From contig MU058213.1 of NCBI GenBank assembly GCA_013265495.1, positions 2,790,001 through 2,854,000 of the forward strand: a stretch of 64,000 nucleotides of DNA, read 5' to 3'. Source of the DNA: Vicugna vicugna. Its lineage: Eukaryota. Shown one piece after another: positions 39,045 to 52,155 of this stretch. The notes under the pieces were generated by a model. The model saw nothing but the letters and a program-made list of their open reading frames with translations, ran no database searches and was not told the origin of the DNA. The translations under genes and the position numbers were made by a program. Within the stretch, counting starts at the first letter, position 1; each line of letters begins with the position of its first letter.

Positions 39045-41582
39045 CATGGCAAAACAGTATCACAAAAAGAAAATGACAATTTTCCCAAACCCTAAGACAT
39101 GGAATATTGTGATCTGACACAGAATTTAAAATAGCTGTTATGAAAAAAAATCCAACAAGCTACAAAAAACTCAGAAAGGTAATAGAGTGATCTAAGGAAT
39201 AAAGATAACAGACTGAGTATTTCACCAAAGAGGCTGAAATTCTAAAAGGAACCAAACAGAAGTTCTGGAACTGAAGAACTCAATAAATGAGATGAAGAAG
39301 GTATTAGAACGCACTAGAAATAGAGCAGATTATGTGGAAGAGAGAATTAGTGAGCTCAAGAACAGACATATAGACATTATTAAGGTGCAAGAGGAGAGAG
39401 AACTAAGATTTTTTTTTTAAGTGAAGAAGCCCTACAAGAATTCTCTGACTCCATTAGAAATAACAACATAAAAATAACGGGTATCCCAGAAGGAGAAGAG
39501 AGAGAGAGAAGGGAGTTCAGAGTATATTTTTTAAAAATAGCTGGAAACTTCCCAAACTTAGGGAAGGAAATGGATATAAGTCCATAAAACTAATAAAACA
39601 GCTTTCTATCTCAAGGCAATAAGATCTTCTCCAAGACACATCATATTAAAATGGTCAAAAATCAACAACAAAGAAAGGATTTTAAAGCCAGTCAGGGGAA
39701 AAAGACTTGTACCCCCATTCAACTATCAGTGGATTTCTCAGCAGAAACTCTATAGGCCAGGAAATGACATATCCAAACAATGAGAGATAAGAACTACCAG
39801 CCAGAAATACTGTATCTGGCAAAGTTATCCTTCAGGAAGGAGAAATAAAGCCTTTCCCAGAAAGACAAAAGCTGAGGGGGTTCACCACTGGACCTACCTT
39901 ACAAGAAACATTGAAAGGAGCTCTTTAAGCTGAAACAGAAAGATGAAAGTTCACAAAACTCTGACTGGGGTGATACTCGGAACACTGTTTAAGCTCTGTT
40001 TTAAACTCTTGTTTAAAATAGTATATTAAATTCTTAACTAAGGCATAAAGTTTAAAGGAAAAGAGCATTAAGAAATAACTATAGCTACTATAATTTGTAA
40101 CACAGTCACAGCATAAAGTAGTAATTTATAACATCAAAAATATAAAAGGAGAAGAGTAAAAGGATTGAAACTTTATAGGCAAATGGAGGTAAATTTATAT
40201 CAGCTAAAAAAGGACTTTTTTATGAGATGTTTTATGTAAACCTCACAGAAGCAAAAATCTAGAGCAGAAACACAAAACATAAAAAAGGGAGAGACTAAGC
40301 AAATCACCATGGAAAAGCACCAACTTACAAAGACAGACAACCAAGGGATAACAAGGAGATACAAAATAACCAGAAGGCAAAAGATGAAACAGTAGCAATA
40401 AATCCTTACATACCAATAATCACCCTAAATGTAAACGGATGAATGCACCAATCAAAAGGCACAGAGTGATTGGATAGATTAACAAACAAGACCCAATGTG
40501 CTGTTTATAGGAGACTTATTTAAGCTCTGAAGACACACATAGGCTCAAAATGAAAGGATGGAAGATGTTATTTCAAGTAAATGGAAATGAAAAAGCAACA
40601 TGTGTAGCCACACTTGTGTCAGACAAAATAGACATCAAGCCAAAAGAGATCACAAGAAACAAAGTCATCATATAAAGGAGTCAATTGTCATCATTTGTTT
40701 ATGATATAATCCTACATATAGAAGATCCCAAAGAATCAGTCAAAAAACTGTTGGAATTAATCAAACATTTCAGCTTAGTGGCAAGATACAAAGTCAGCAT
40801 ACAGAAATCAAATGCATTCCTTTACACTAATAATAAAGCACCTGGAAAATTTTTAAAAATCCCACTCACAATACTATCAAAAACAATAAAACATGTAATT
40901 ATAAATTTAACCAAGGAAATGAGAGATCTCTACAATAAAAATGACAGAATTTTGCTAAAGGAAACTGAAAAAGACATGAACAAATGGAAAGACACATCAC
41001 ACTCATGAATCAAAAGAATTAATGTTGTTAAATGGCCACACTACCCGAAGCCATCTAGAGTCAATGCAATCCCTGTCAAAATGCCAAAGGCTTTCTTTTC
41101 AGAAACAGGAGAAACAAATCTAAAATTTGTGTGGACCCACAGAAGGCACCCAATAGCCAAAACAATCCTGAGAAAAAAGAACAAAGCTACTTCCAAATTT
41201 CAAGCTATACAACAAAACCATAGTAATCAAAACAGTATGGTAATGGCACAAAAATAGATACATAGATCAATAGTACAGACTTGAGAGCCCCTAATTAAAA
41301 TTTAGCATGTACTGTCAACTAATGTTTGACAAAAATAAAATAAAATGATGTTTTTGAGGGGCAGGGAGGGATAAGAGATGGTGTTCAAGGATACAAACTT
41401 GTAATTAGTAAATAAGCCATAGAGATCTAATGGATAGTATAATGAATACAGATAATAATACTGTATTATAATATAAATATTGGTATATCAGTGATATTAT
41501 AATATATAAATATATCAAAGTAGCATGCTATACAACTGAAACTTATACAATGTAGCACATCAAATTTATTTGATTAAAAAAT
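39045..41582 (+). mobile_element. Decayed L1 (L1MA-like): ORF1, inter-ORF, ORF2 with internal deletions, 3'UTR
   Basis: ORF1 remnants at 39060-39950. EN start (aatccttacataccaataatcaccctaaatgtaaacgg) near 40400. RT peptide FVYDIILHIEDPKESVKKLLELI at 40685-41008. 3'UTR ggtgttcaaggatacaaacttg..aacttatacaatgt. Confidence 0.9.
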
Positions 41583-41624
41583 GAAAGGGGAAAAAAATTG
41601 TGCAGCAGGAAACCAGTTACCCAG

Positions 41625-41850
41625 AAACAGAATGAGAGAACAGAAGGAACCCTGGAGTCTAACAATTTAGGTGCATTTCTAGCTCTGCTAAGAACTGGCC
41701 TGTGTAACTTTGTGAAGACCATATGACTTGGCTGCTTTTCATTTTTCTTATCATAAAGTAAGAATAACAAGATTTATCTTGAGGGTATGGATTAAATAAG
41801 GTTATTGATGTGAAAACTCCAAGTATATAATCAACACCCAATAAATATCT
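41625..41850. mobile_element. MIR SINE
   Basis: cctggagtctaac..ctagctctgc..tgtgtaactttg..ttatcttgagggtatggattaaat..aataaatat. Confidence 0.55.
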
Positions 41851-44800
41851 GGGAAGGTGAATATAGCCTTTTTGTGATCCTCCAGTATTTATGTAAGGGT
41901 TAAACCCCCTGCCATCCAACTCTGTAGTACCAGAACCAGAACCAAGTATCCGGGAAGGTTTCTCATGCTCCCAAGAGAATCTTTACACACCCCACACCAT
42001 ACTTTCCTAATATGACAAATCTTACAGGTCTTGATCCTAATTATGCCAGTTGCCACACCAGATGACAACCAGCGTCTTCACTTCTTTGTAATTTTCACAA
42101 GCCTTGGTTAGCACAATGCTTGGAGCACAGGGAGAATTTTGATACATGTAGGAAACACATAAATATATTTAAGGGAAAACTTACAGAACTTTGTTACTCA
42201 AAACACTGAACTAACAATAGTGGTGAGATATTCAAGCCAATCAAATAGTTTACTTCTTAGCGATGATCTCTCTGGCAAATGCAATCCTTGTGTTAATGTA
42301 AAAGGCACACTCTTCTAGCTGACTAGAAAATGAAGCATCCATGAAAATGTAATAGAAATATCACTTCTACCTCGAGGTAGTTATCAAAAAAAAAAAAAGC
42401 AATAGGTGTCTTGCATTATACAACTGAGCTACTGACAAATGTGGTGTATTCTAAAATTTTACAGAATGAATCTTTTTCTAATTATTTATCTGAGGTTATT
42501 ATAAAAATTACATTGAAAAGAAGATTAACAATCAGATTCCTAATTATAAAATAGTGGTTCTTTCCCTTCAGAAATCCCCCCAAAACAACAAGTATAACAA
42601 GAAACACAAATGGAAACAATTCTGAATGAAACTAGGTAAGTCAACCTCCAACAACAAAATATATCAAAGACCTTTCAAATACCCTGAGGTCAAACGAGCA
42701 TGCAAAAAGATTTTGAGAGGAACTCTTAGGCTGCATTCTCACACAAAGATGACAAAGATCAGGTCTTCAAACAGATGGACACACTTAAAAGGCAAAACCA
42801 GTAATACCTGGGGTTTAACAGTAGAGATTTTGATCCGTGCCACGCCTGTCAGACCTCACAGCTTCTAATAGTTGATGACTAGAGAGAAGTCAAGGCCAAA
42901 AAACCCACTTACGTACACAGTGTTATTATAAGAAACATCTTTTATGAACCAGGAAGACGTCTGGTGGCCAGCCGGAAATATAATGATGATTCCTTCCCAC
43001 AATGAACCTCCTGCAAATAGGCTGTGCAGGAAGGATTCATCTCATTCAAAGAGGAGCAATACGTGAAAAAGAACCAGCATGAGAGAGATACCAGCATGTC
43101 CCAATTTTATTTTAATGTTTAGAGTAAAGAATAAAAATGAGTAGAAGAAAGTCCTGGTAAAAGAAATTGCCACAGAGGAAATGAAAATCAAAGGACTTTT
43201 TTTGTCCTTTCATTTTTTAGTGTTGTCTGGCAGGATTTGAAATTTCCCTTTCTTGCTTTTTTCCCCCTCTTTTCTAGTCAGTTTCCAAAGGATAACTTGG
43301 TCATTTTTTATTCTCCTTTTCTCCTAAAGCATTTCCCTTTCTAAGACCTCTTTCTAAAGCCTGCATACACTTTTAAATCCCTCCCTTAGGTCACTGCTCT
43401 GATCTCCTGGGACTCCTTTTCACTCCCGTCATCTTTAAAGTGTAAAAATCGAAGACTTTATCTTTCTAGATGTGATTTCATAGCACTATCCTCTCTTCTT
43501 TCTTCCATACAGTTTTCCCAGGCAGCTTTTTATAAAGACTTGGGGCAGAAACTTAAGACACAGTTCTACTCAAAGTTAGTGTTTATTTTTCTATTTATAT
43601 GGTGACTTGAAATTGAAGTGCCCTTTGCATTCCAGTGAAGGCATGAGATTTGTGTGGCTTTAACTTATCTTCTTGTTGATTCATGTAATTGTGGGGAGAG
43701 GGTCGCAAGTATGTGTGGAGAGATTCCAATTTCAACAGCTTCCTTACCTCTGCTACCCCAACAGTAACTCTGGGAAAGTATTTCCAAAAAGTTTGCTTCA
43801 ATTATATATAATATTACTTGTAGCATTTGCTTTCATAAGATTTCAAGGTATCTACAAAGTTAGAAGTTGAAGGAAACTGTGTAGAAATCCTAAATCTTGT
43901 GCTCTGTTAACGTTTTTTCACTTATCAAAACAACGTACAGTTTAAAAGAAAAAAACCACTTTTGGTATCAGCATAGGGTTGTCAATATTTTTCAAGTTAG
44001 TAGTTAGTGGTGATTTTAAAATCCTATCACATTTCAATCCCAAAAGAGAAAGAATGAAATATCAAATTAAGAAACAGTCTTTTTAGAATGATTTTTTTTT
44101 AACTTTCTAACCACGAAAATTTCATCATGATTTAGCATGTACCCAAGGGATGCATTTTGGAACCAACAACTTAGTTCAGACTTACCTTCAGTAAGATATC
44201 TTAGACCCAGTTAAGGTTAGATATTCATGCAAGGGCTGTGGCCACTTCAAGGTTTTATCTGCTATACCATGCTGACTTTTTTGTGTTGCTGCAATAATAG
44301 TGAAGACCTTTCACAAAAGCTGAGTGTGTTTTTGGTTCTTCTATTTGCTTCTGGTTCCTTATTGAGTTCCTCATTAAATGGTAAACCTATTTTGCCAAAC
44401 TTGTTTTCTTGCTCATGCACCTTATTGTTTTACTGACAAGCTTACTGAAAAATTCCATCAGAAAACTTTTTTTTAACTTTCATTTTGACTAATGAGCTGA
44501 AATCATAAACCTTCAAACTCTCAATGTTTGAAAAAAACAAAACAAAACAAAACATATCCTGCCGTTTTACCTGTCACAGCACACTGTAAAATTGTATTTG
44601 GTATAAAATATACGACAGATTCTTGCACCGGCGTTGAGATTCAGAGTACCTGTTTGCATTACTACTGATGCAACCTTGCTTTGTTTCTCAAAGAGGAGTA
44701 AGAATAAGCTCCTTTTGCCTCACATATCTCCTATGCAACATTTTTATTATCTTTATTTACATAAAGGGGTAGAATTAATCATACACTGAAAGTTGTTCAG

Positions 44801-45555
44801 TGTTTCACTTATCACTCAAACTGTTCCTAATGAGCCAGAAACTTGTGCTGTGTAAGCTAGGTATCCAATATATTATTTCAAATCCCTGATGCCCTGCACA
44901 TTTCAGAGTTCCTAGCGAAACAACTGCACCCTGCACAAAGACCTTTCAACTGTAGATCATAATAGTTTCTCAGGAAAACGATCTAAGGATATGAGTCTCA
45001 GTCCCTGACAACACTGTTTTCCTAGATAATTTATATAGAACGGTGCGTAGTTATTTTTTGCGTGAGTAATTCTTTTGTCACAATAATCACCATCAAGTAA
45101 TGTTTACTGGATGCCTGCTGGTTATCAGCATTCTATCTAAACTATAGGGGTTTCCAAAAGATTCATAAGAATCTTTTTCCTTATAATCAAAACATGCTGT
45201 TTGTAATCTATTGCTGGTAGTAGTAGTTTACAAGCTGGGATGACCACCCAAGCCTAAAAAAACACACAGGCATCTTTAATGAAGAAATTTTGGGAACAGA
45301 CTAAACCTATGGAGGGGCTGTGTCAACTGTCTTAGAAAGCTTAGAATTTTGACAAAGGCATTTCCAGTTAAAGCAGGGGCATTTAAATAAAAGCAGGTGT
45401 GGTAAGGAGGTGAGCATCACTTTAGCACATTAATAGCAGAGTGAATATTCTGTAGGGAGTACGTTAATGGAAGAAACATTCATTTTGGAAACTTCAGGAA
45501 AAAAATTAATGCTGATTGTAACAAGGTATATATACCTTGGTTATTTTATGAGGGG

Positions 45556-45594
45556 GAAAAAAACAAAACAAAACAAACAAAACAAAACAAAAAC
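45556..45594. repeat. (AAAAC)n-type A-rich microsatellite
   Basis: aaaaaaacaaaacaaaacaaacaaaacaaaacaaaaac. Confidence 0.85.
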
Positions 45595-45708
45595 AGGAAA
45601 GCCCTCTTTCACACTTAGCTAAAGCCGAAGGTACTAAAAGGGACAGAGACTAGTTTCCACCCTCAAGTGTGGAGAAGAAAAGTTGACAGAACACACACAC
45701 AAAAAAGG

Positions 45709-47037
45709 TGTGAATGAAAAGTATTGCCAGCCGTATCAGTAAACAAAGAATGCTGTGGCCATCCAGCCATCAGCCGCTACCACCACCCCCCTGACAGTGA
45801 GCAGAGGGAACTCAGGATGCAGACAAATAGGAAGCCCAGCCTTTGCAGCCTCCCCCAACCAGGCCCTTGAGGGAACTCAGGATGTGGAAGAACAGGACAC
45901 TGGCCCTAGATAGCTATGTGCATATCAAAGGAATGAGTTCAGTGAGGCCAGACTTTGCACCTTCCCATGCATAGAAAAGTGCTAAATTCCTTAACTTAAG
46001 ATGTCCGGCTTTCTTTAATTAACAGTAATCTTTTGATGTTCCAACTGTTAGAGCAGGCAGATAGCTAGATACGAGCAGGGAAAGGGGGATGCACGCCAAA
46101 TGGCAGGAATTGGGCAGAAAGGAGAGACAGAGGCCAAATGCAGGAAACCATACATCATGTAAGCACCAAGGATCCCTGGGCAGAAAAAGAACCTCTGGGC
46201 TGATAGGTGGTCACACCTTTGGGGGTGATACGCGGCCCAGAGGCCAACAAATGTGAGAAAAGACAGGAATCTCCAGTGTCTGAATGTAACCTTTGCTTAT
46301 TATGCCCTCATTACAATAAAATTAGCCTTGACGATTAGAAGGGTCCATCAAGCACTGTGACACTTCCAATCCAGACTAAATAAGGCCAAAAATCCCTTGG
46401 TGTTCCTGGAAGATGCTGTACTTTTTGTTACTGAATGTTTGGAGTAGATAACGATCTGTGGTTGGTGGATGGTGAACACACATGTTGGCGCTTCTTGGTA
46501 GCACTGGTTTGCATTAGTTTATGTTTCCACGCCAGAGTACGTGTGGGTGGGTGCAGGTGCACCACAGCGTGCACTCGAGGGGACCTTTAGGAAGGTGGAG
46601 TTGGGATAAAACTCAGGGAATATGACCCTAGATTCTCCCTTCCCTAATGAATATTCCACCCATTCATTTTTACACTCTGTGTAACCAACTTGCCTAGGAG
46701 ACTCGAGGCAGCTGCTCACCTGAGCCTGCCCACTCTTCCCTTGAAAGTGAGCTAGCCATCCCTTAGTAAATTCTCACTTTACTTTCTTAACCTCCACGTC
46801 TTGTCTCTGAATTCTTTCTGGGATGGACAAGAACCTGGAACACTGGTTGTATCTACGGCAACACAACTACCTGGCCTTTGTTACAAAAACTCATGTATCC
46901 TGGCTTCTACCTTGCCACTTTGGAACAGCTTCTTAGAATGATCTGAGACTCTGTGTGCCAGACTCAAGCCCTAAAAAGATCTACTGAATAAAACGTAACT
47001 CTCAACGTTCAGGCCGTGCATTTTATTTCAGTCAACA
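45709..47037 (+). mobile_element. ERV1-type solo LTR (family A, copy 2), split by a nested LTR
   Basis: tgtgaatgaaaa..tttcagtcaaca termini. Shares ttgagggaactcag, aggacactggccctaga, gctaaattc.ttaactt and ttccaac|tacctgg with 34148-34624. Confidence 0.85.
46046..46863 (+). mobile_element. Nested ERV1-type solo LTR (MER50/MER41-like), 4-bp TSD CAAC
   Basis: TGTT..AACA inverted termini. CAAC at 46042-46045 and 46864-46867. Starts tgttagagcaggcagatagctagat. Confidence 0.9.
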
Positions 47038-50000
47038 AGGGCAACTTAAATCAGACAATGAAGACGAAGTTCACTGATGAGGTTGTGAAAAGAAGACCAC
47101 AGAGAAGACAGAGAAAACTGAAATGTAGATGGAGTTAGAGATAGTGTTGGAAAAGAAGTAAACACACAGGACACCTAAAAGCCTCAGCAAATTGTTGACT
47201 AAGAAGCAAAGAGGACTGTAGTCCAGAAACGGCTCTACAAGCATGAGACATTATGACCGTTTTCCCTGACCTTCACTCCACAGGGTATCAAGGCATGAGA
47301 CCAGGTGGACGGGACTTTACACAATTTCATCAAGTTCCTTTAAGATACCTCCAGATTATGTGATCTTTAAAGCAGGTATGGTGTGTGCTCCTTCCCATCT
47401 GAAACTGTTACATTTCAAACCACTATTTCAGGAAAAAAAATTTTTATACATACATACCAGTTTTATAATTAAGCTAGCCATGTTCCGGTCAGTAATTATC
47501 TGTCATGTCAACCACTGAAAACAGAATCAATACCTAAGCTACAAAGAATAAAGATGAAAATAAGGCTGTGTATTGGTCCAGGATGAAAGGCTAACAGGTG
47601 TGGTGTCAGCCACACACATTTCTGTCTGACAGACGCACAGAGGCAGCACTGTGCCAGGCATGGAAGAAGGAACAGATGGGCTCGGGACGGCTGGGAGCCC
47701 CGCTCCACTATCCTCATGTCTCCACGGGGTTCCTCCTTCTGGGTTTCTCCTCCCCAACAAAGGGCAGCACTGGAACCAACAAGGCAGGCTGAGGGGATGC
47801 TAACAAACTAAGGTGCTTTGAGCTTCACCATCCAGGTGGCAAGTACCACTGCACTGAAAAAGTAACAGGCCATCAACTTTCTCTCGTCCTTCAAGTGTAG
47901 TGAAGCTGACTTCAAACCTCTATTTATGTGGCTAGGAGAGTATGCTTGGAGCATACTCCTAACCTTCTCCAAGACTGCTCCCAATCCCTAAATTCAGGGG
48001 TAAAAAAGGTAAAATGTCTCACCTTAGCCTCAGGCCCAAATCACAACTCCCAGGAGAACCCATCAGAAACCCTGTTTTTTGAAATGACACAAGTATAACA
48101 TCCTTTGTCTCATGAGGCTCCTCCAGCCTCTAATACAGTCATTTACAACCCAGAAGGGCCAAAAGATTGTCAAATACCCTGCTCAGGGCTGAGAGCTCCA
48201 TTTCTACCTCCCAGCATGAATAAACGAATAGTTACAGCCAGAGAAGCAAAGGGAGTTAAATGGGGCGTTAAGAGGCCTGAATGATGGTGAGAGCCAAGCT
48301 CCATGTATGTTTTGGTGAGGGAAATAGGGCTGCTGAAAGAACAACACAGCCAGACGATGGTCAGCTTAGCATCAGGGGAGAGGATCTTCTAGAGAAAGAA
48401 GACTAAGGGGAGATGGGAAAGACAACATCTCCTCCCCCTAAGTCATCTCTCATCTCCATCCTCCCCTTCCTCACATTTGACATCAAACAAATATAAAGAG
48501 GAGAGAATAAAGGCCTTTTTTCTGTACTTGCTGCCTTGTTCTCTACTTTTTATGGGTATGCTTTATGTCTTACAGTAAATCTGTGGGTATAAACTGTATA
48601 TAATTCTTTTCTATATTCATCACAACTGCTAGCACACAGCCCGACATTTAGTAGGTTCACCTAAAGAACCCATTCATCACTAACGAATTAATACAAACGA
48701 AATAATGCTGAGGTGAGAGTGAACAGCATAAAAATGAGCAAAGCACCTGTAGGTACTGAAGCAAAGCTTCGAATACAGACATTCTGCAGAGAGGAAGAGG
48801 GGACCCCAGGACGAAGATGGCAGCAATTCCCATCCTAGAAGAGCCACCAAGCCTTGGGGAAAGAGGCAAACAATATACATCTGGAATTTTCAGAGGATCT
48901 ATTAGGGAAAGGGTGGAAAAAGTCCTCGGACAAATTTCCAGCAGGGTTTCATCCGCATGAAGGTAGAGCCTGGCTCTGTGTAAATGGAGGAGGAACTAGG
49001 GAAGAAAGCAAGCCCAGACTGGATGGGGACACCGTCTTGGAGGCTGAGACCCAAGGAGGACCAGTAAGGGGCACAGCAGGTCAGAAAGCCCCCCATCCTC
49101 CACGCTTGCCTCTTGTTCCCTATCAATCTCACTTAAGCTTTTTGCTCCTGCCCTGAACTCCAATTTCCAGACTATTTTCAAATTTTCTCTAAACTTATTT
49201 CCCACAATCCTTCAGTCCCTTTTCTTGTTCTCTGCCCCTATCAGTCTCTGAATTTTCAACCTTAAGTCCCAAACTGAATTCTATTTATATTTAGTCTATC
49301 TATATACAGGAGGAAAAGAAAGCAAGAAAGGAGAAACTTAATAAAAGTATAAATCACAATAAACCATAATCTTGTTAAGCCTAAGGCTGAAAACTTCTCA
49401 AAAAACAAAAATTCAGCCTAGGACTTCCAAGTAGCCACCTTAGGTACCAGTATTTCCTACCAAACAAAACAAAACAAAACAAAACAACCACACCACAAGA
49501 GGATGGGGAAAAATATCTACAAGAGGCTACATTCTCAGCTTAAAGACAAACAATGCTGATACTTCAAAATAACAGAAAAGAAAAGTCACCAAATCTATTA
49601 TACAGTGCCTGAAGCCCCACTCTTACCTCATCTTGAGACTCTGTGGTGAGCAAAGGTAAGAAAATCTTCTGAAAAAGCAGGAGGAAGCTAGTAAAGGGAC
49701 CTAAGGGAAATCTAAAATCACCTCCAGAACAATATGGGCATCTTAATCTTCATATAGAGAAACAGTACATTTAGAAGATATAATGGCAGAGAAAACCTTT
49801 TTTACAATAGGGACGAAGATTATATGCATAATAAATGTACATAACAAACATACAAAATCTGTATAAGGATAATTGTCAAATGCCTATTAAATGCACAAAA
49901 ATCAAGTTGAGCAAATGGAAAGAAATTAACCTATTAGAAATGATGTCATCTAAAGATGTCAGTTCTATTTTAACCCACGGTTTGCAAATAGTCAAAGGTT

Positions 50001-50544
50001 CTCCACTGAAGAGGATTAAATTCGCAGGATACTTTTACTGGTTGGATTTCCTAACTACATGGGAGGCTGACGGAGACATTCACACATCCCCACAGTATGA
50101 GAAACAGATCAAATTCTCCTCAAAAATGAAATACTATAAAAACTTATCTGCATGTCAATCAGCCCATCATAGAAGATACAGCCAGGCTAAATCAGAGAAA
50201 ACTTTCCAGATTTGGCAAGAAAATGCGAGTGGTAAACTTGAAATATTCTATCTCTAGCCTCAAAGTTCACCCAACACAGACATGTGAGCTCTCAGAAATA
50301 AAATATCCTCCTGCCAAGTTGATGGATTTTTATTCAAGTTTTTCTCCAATCGCATTTTTTAGGCTTGAAGATAAATTAACAGTTCATTTCTCTTTCAACA
50401 AATTCATAGGAATAGCTCCAGATTTCAGGAAACACATTGGTCAAAAAAAAAAAAAAGTGGTTATGTACCAGGTATCTGTCTCACACATCTGGATAGTATG
50501 GCCCTCAGGTTACAAGTTTAATTTAAAATTACACAGTTTCTCAT

Positions 50545-51026
50545 TTTTTTTTTCTGTTTTGTCATTAAAGTATAGTTAATTTACAATGTTGTGCTAATTT
50601 CAGGTGTACAGCAAAGTTGCTCAGTTACACACACATTCTTTTCCATCATAGGTTATTACAAGACACTGAACATAATTCCCTGCGCTATGCAGTAGGCCTT
50701 TGTTGTTTATCTATTTTATATACAGTAGTGTGTATATGTTAATCTCAAATTCCTCTCTCCTCACCCTACTATCCCCTTTGGGAACCATAAATTTGTTTCC
50801 TATTTCTGTGAGTCCATTTCTGTTTGTAAATAAGTTCATTTGTACCATTTTTTAGATTCCACATCACACAACTGATATCATATAATATTTGTGTTTCTCT
50901 GTGTGACTTACTATGATATGTGACTTACTATGATAATCTCTAGGTCCATCCATGTTGCCACAAACGTCATTATTTTTTTAATGGCATTACTTCATTTAAA
51001 TTTCATTTTAATATTCTATTATACAT

Positions 51027-51068
<42 letters not shown>

Positions 51069-51400
51069 TTCTTTATCCAGTCATCTGTCTATGAACATTT
51101 ATGTTGCTTCCATGTCTTTGCTATTGTAAACAGTGCTGCTATGAACACTGGAGTGTGTGTATTTTTTCAAATTCGTTTTCTCAGGGATACATGCCCAGGA
51201 GTGGGATTGCTGGATCATATGGTAAGTCTATTTGTAGTTTTTTAAGGTACCTTCATACTGTTCTCCATAGTGGCTGCACCAAATTACATTCCCACCAACA
51301 GAGGGCTCCTTTTTCTCCACATTTTCTCCAGCATTTGTTATTTGTAGACTTTTTAATGGTGGCCATTTAATGGTGTGAGGTGACAGACATCTCACTGTAG
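50545..51400 (-). mobile_element. L1 3' end (cetartiodactyl-type) with internal (CA)n
   Basis: T tract, then ttaaagtatagttaatttacaatgttgtg..aggtgtacagcaaag..ataggttattacaaga..ggtccatccatgttgc..cccaggagtgggattgctggatcatatgg..cattcccaccaaca. Confidence 0.9.
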
Positions 51401-52059
51401 TCTCTCAAATTTTTATAAAGTCAGAAGGAACCACTGTAAAGAGTTTAGATCCAAAATGGCTCCATTGCTAACTGGCTGTATAGAGAAGTCAAGTCTGAGT
51501 TCCCCTTGTATCACTTGTGAAATGAATTCACAAGCGCCTTACTCACAGCGCTACTGTGAGGATCTGAGTCGGTTCATGTCAGCTGACTCTCATGCATTAG
51601 AAGTACACTGGTACAGGGGTCAGGAGAGTCCACACCAGTCTTGGTTCTGACCCCCAGGAAACCTCTCTGACACTGCTATCTATAAACAGAGAGGATAGAG
51701 AGGAGGGGTGGGTAGGGTATTCCCTCTAGGGTTCCTTATAGCATGAATACTCTGGACTACAAATGAGTTGGACATATTGAGAATAATCCAGTAAACCTTG
51801 CAGAGGATGAAGGAACGGCAACATGCCAAAAAAAAACCAGCTACAGCTTCTTACCAGCTGCCCAGGAGGCACAAGATATCAAGAATATCTTTGCAGAGTA
51901 TTAAGAGACTGCTACAAAGGACATTCTCTCCTTTTTAGGAATCTGCAGTGGAGAAGGCATGTTCCCTCAGGGAATAACAGCCCTCAGTACCCCCCCCCAA
52001 ATATATCCTAAAGGAGAAGACAAAAGTGGAAGAGTGTGAATAGGTGGAAAGAGGAAGGA

Positions 52060-52155
52060 GTGGTGGTTGGAGAAGGAAAAAAAAAGGAGGGGGGAGGAGG
52101 GGGAAGAAGGAAAGGAAGGAAAGCAAGGAAAGAAAGGAAGAAAAGAAGAAAGAAA
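52060..52155. repeat. Purine-rich low-complexity tract (GGAA/GAAA-like)
   Basis: ggagaaggaaaaaaaaaggaggggggaggaggggaagaaggaaaggaaggaaagcaaggaaagaaagg. Confidence 0.8.

Noticed and set aside
45522..45539. Perfect 18-bp palindrome CAAGGTATATATACCTTG
   Set aside because: The arms are 9 bp with a (TA)n core; one such palindrome is not unexpected in 64 kb.
47938..47958. 9-bp hairpin GAGTATGCT-tgg-AGCATACTC
   Set aside because: Isolated short stem compatible with chance or a micro template switch.
49835..50579. 140-aa and 118-aa ORFs
   Set aside because: AT-rich with no domain; the start resembles decayed L1-derived sequence.
50902..50935. 17-bp tandem duplication tgtgacttactatgata
   Set aside because: Ordinary slippage duplication within an L1 3' end.
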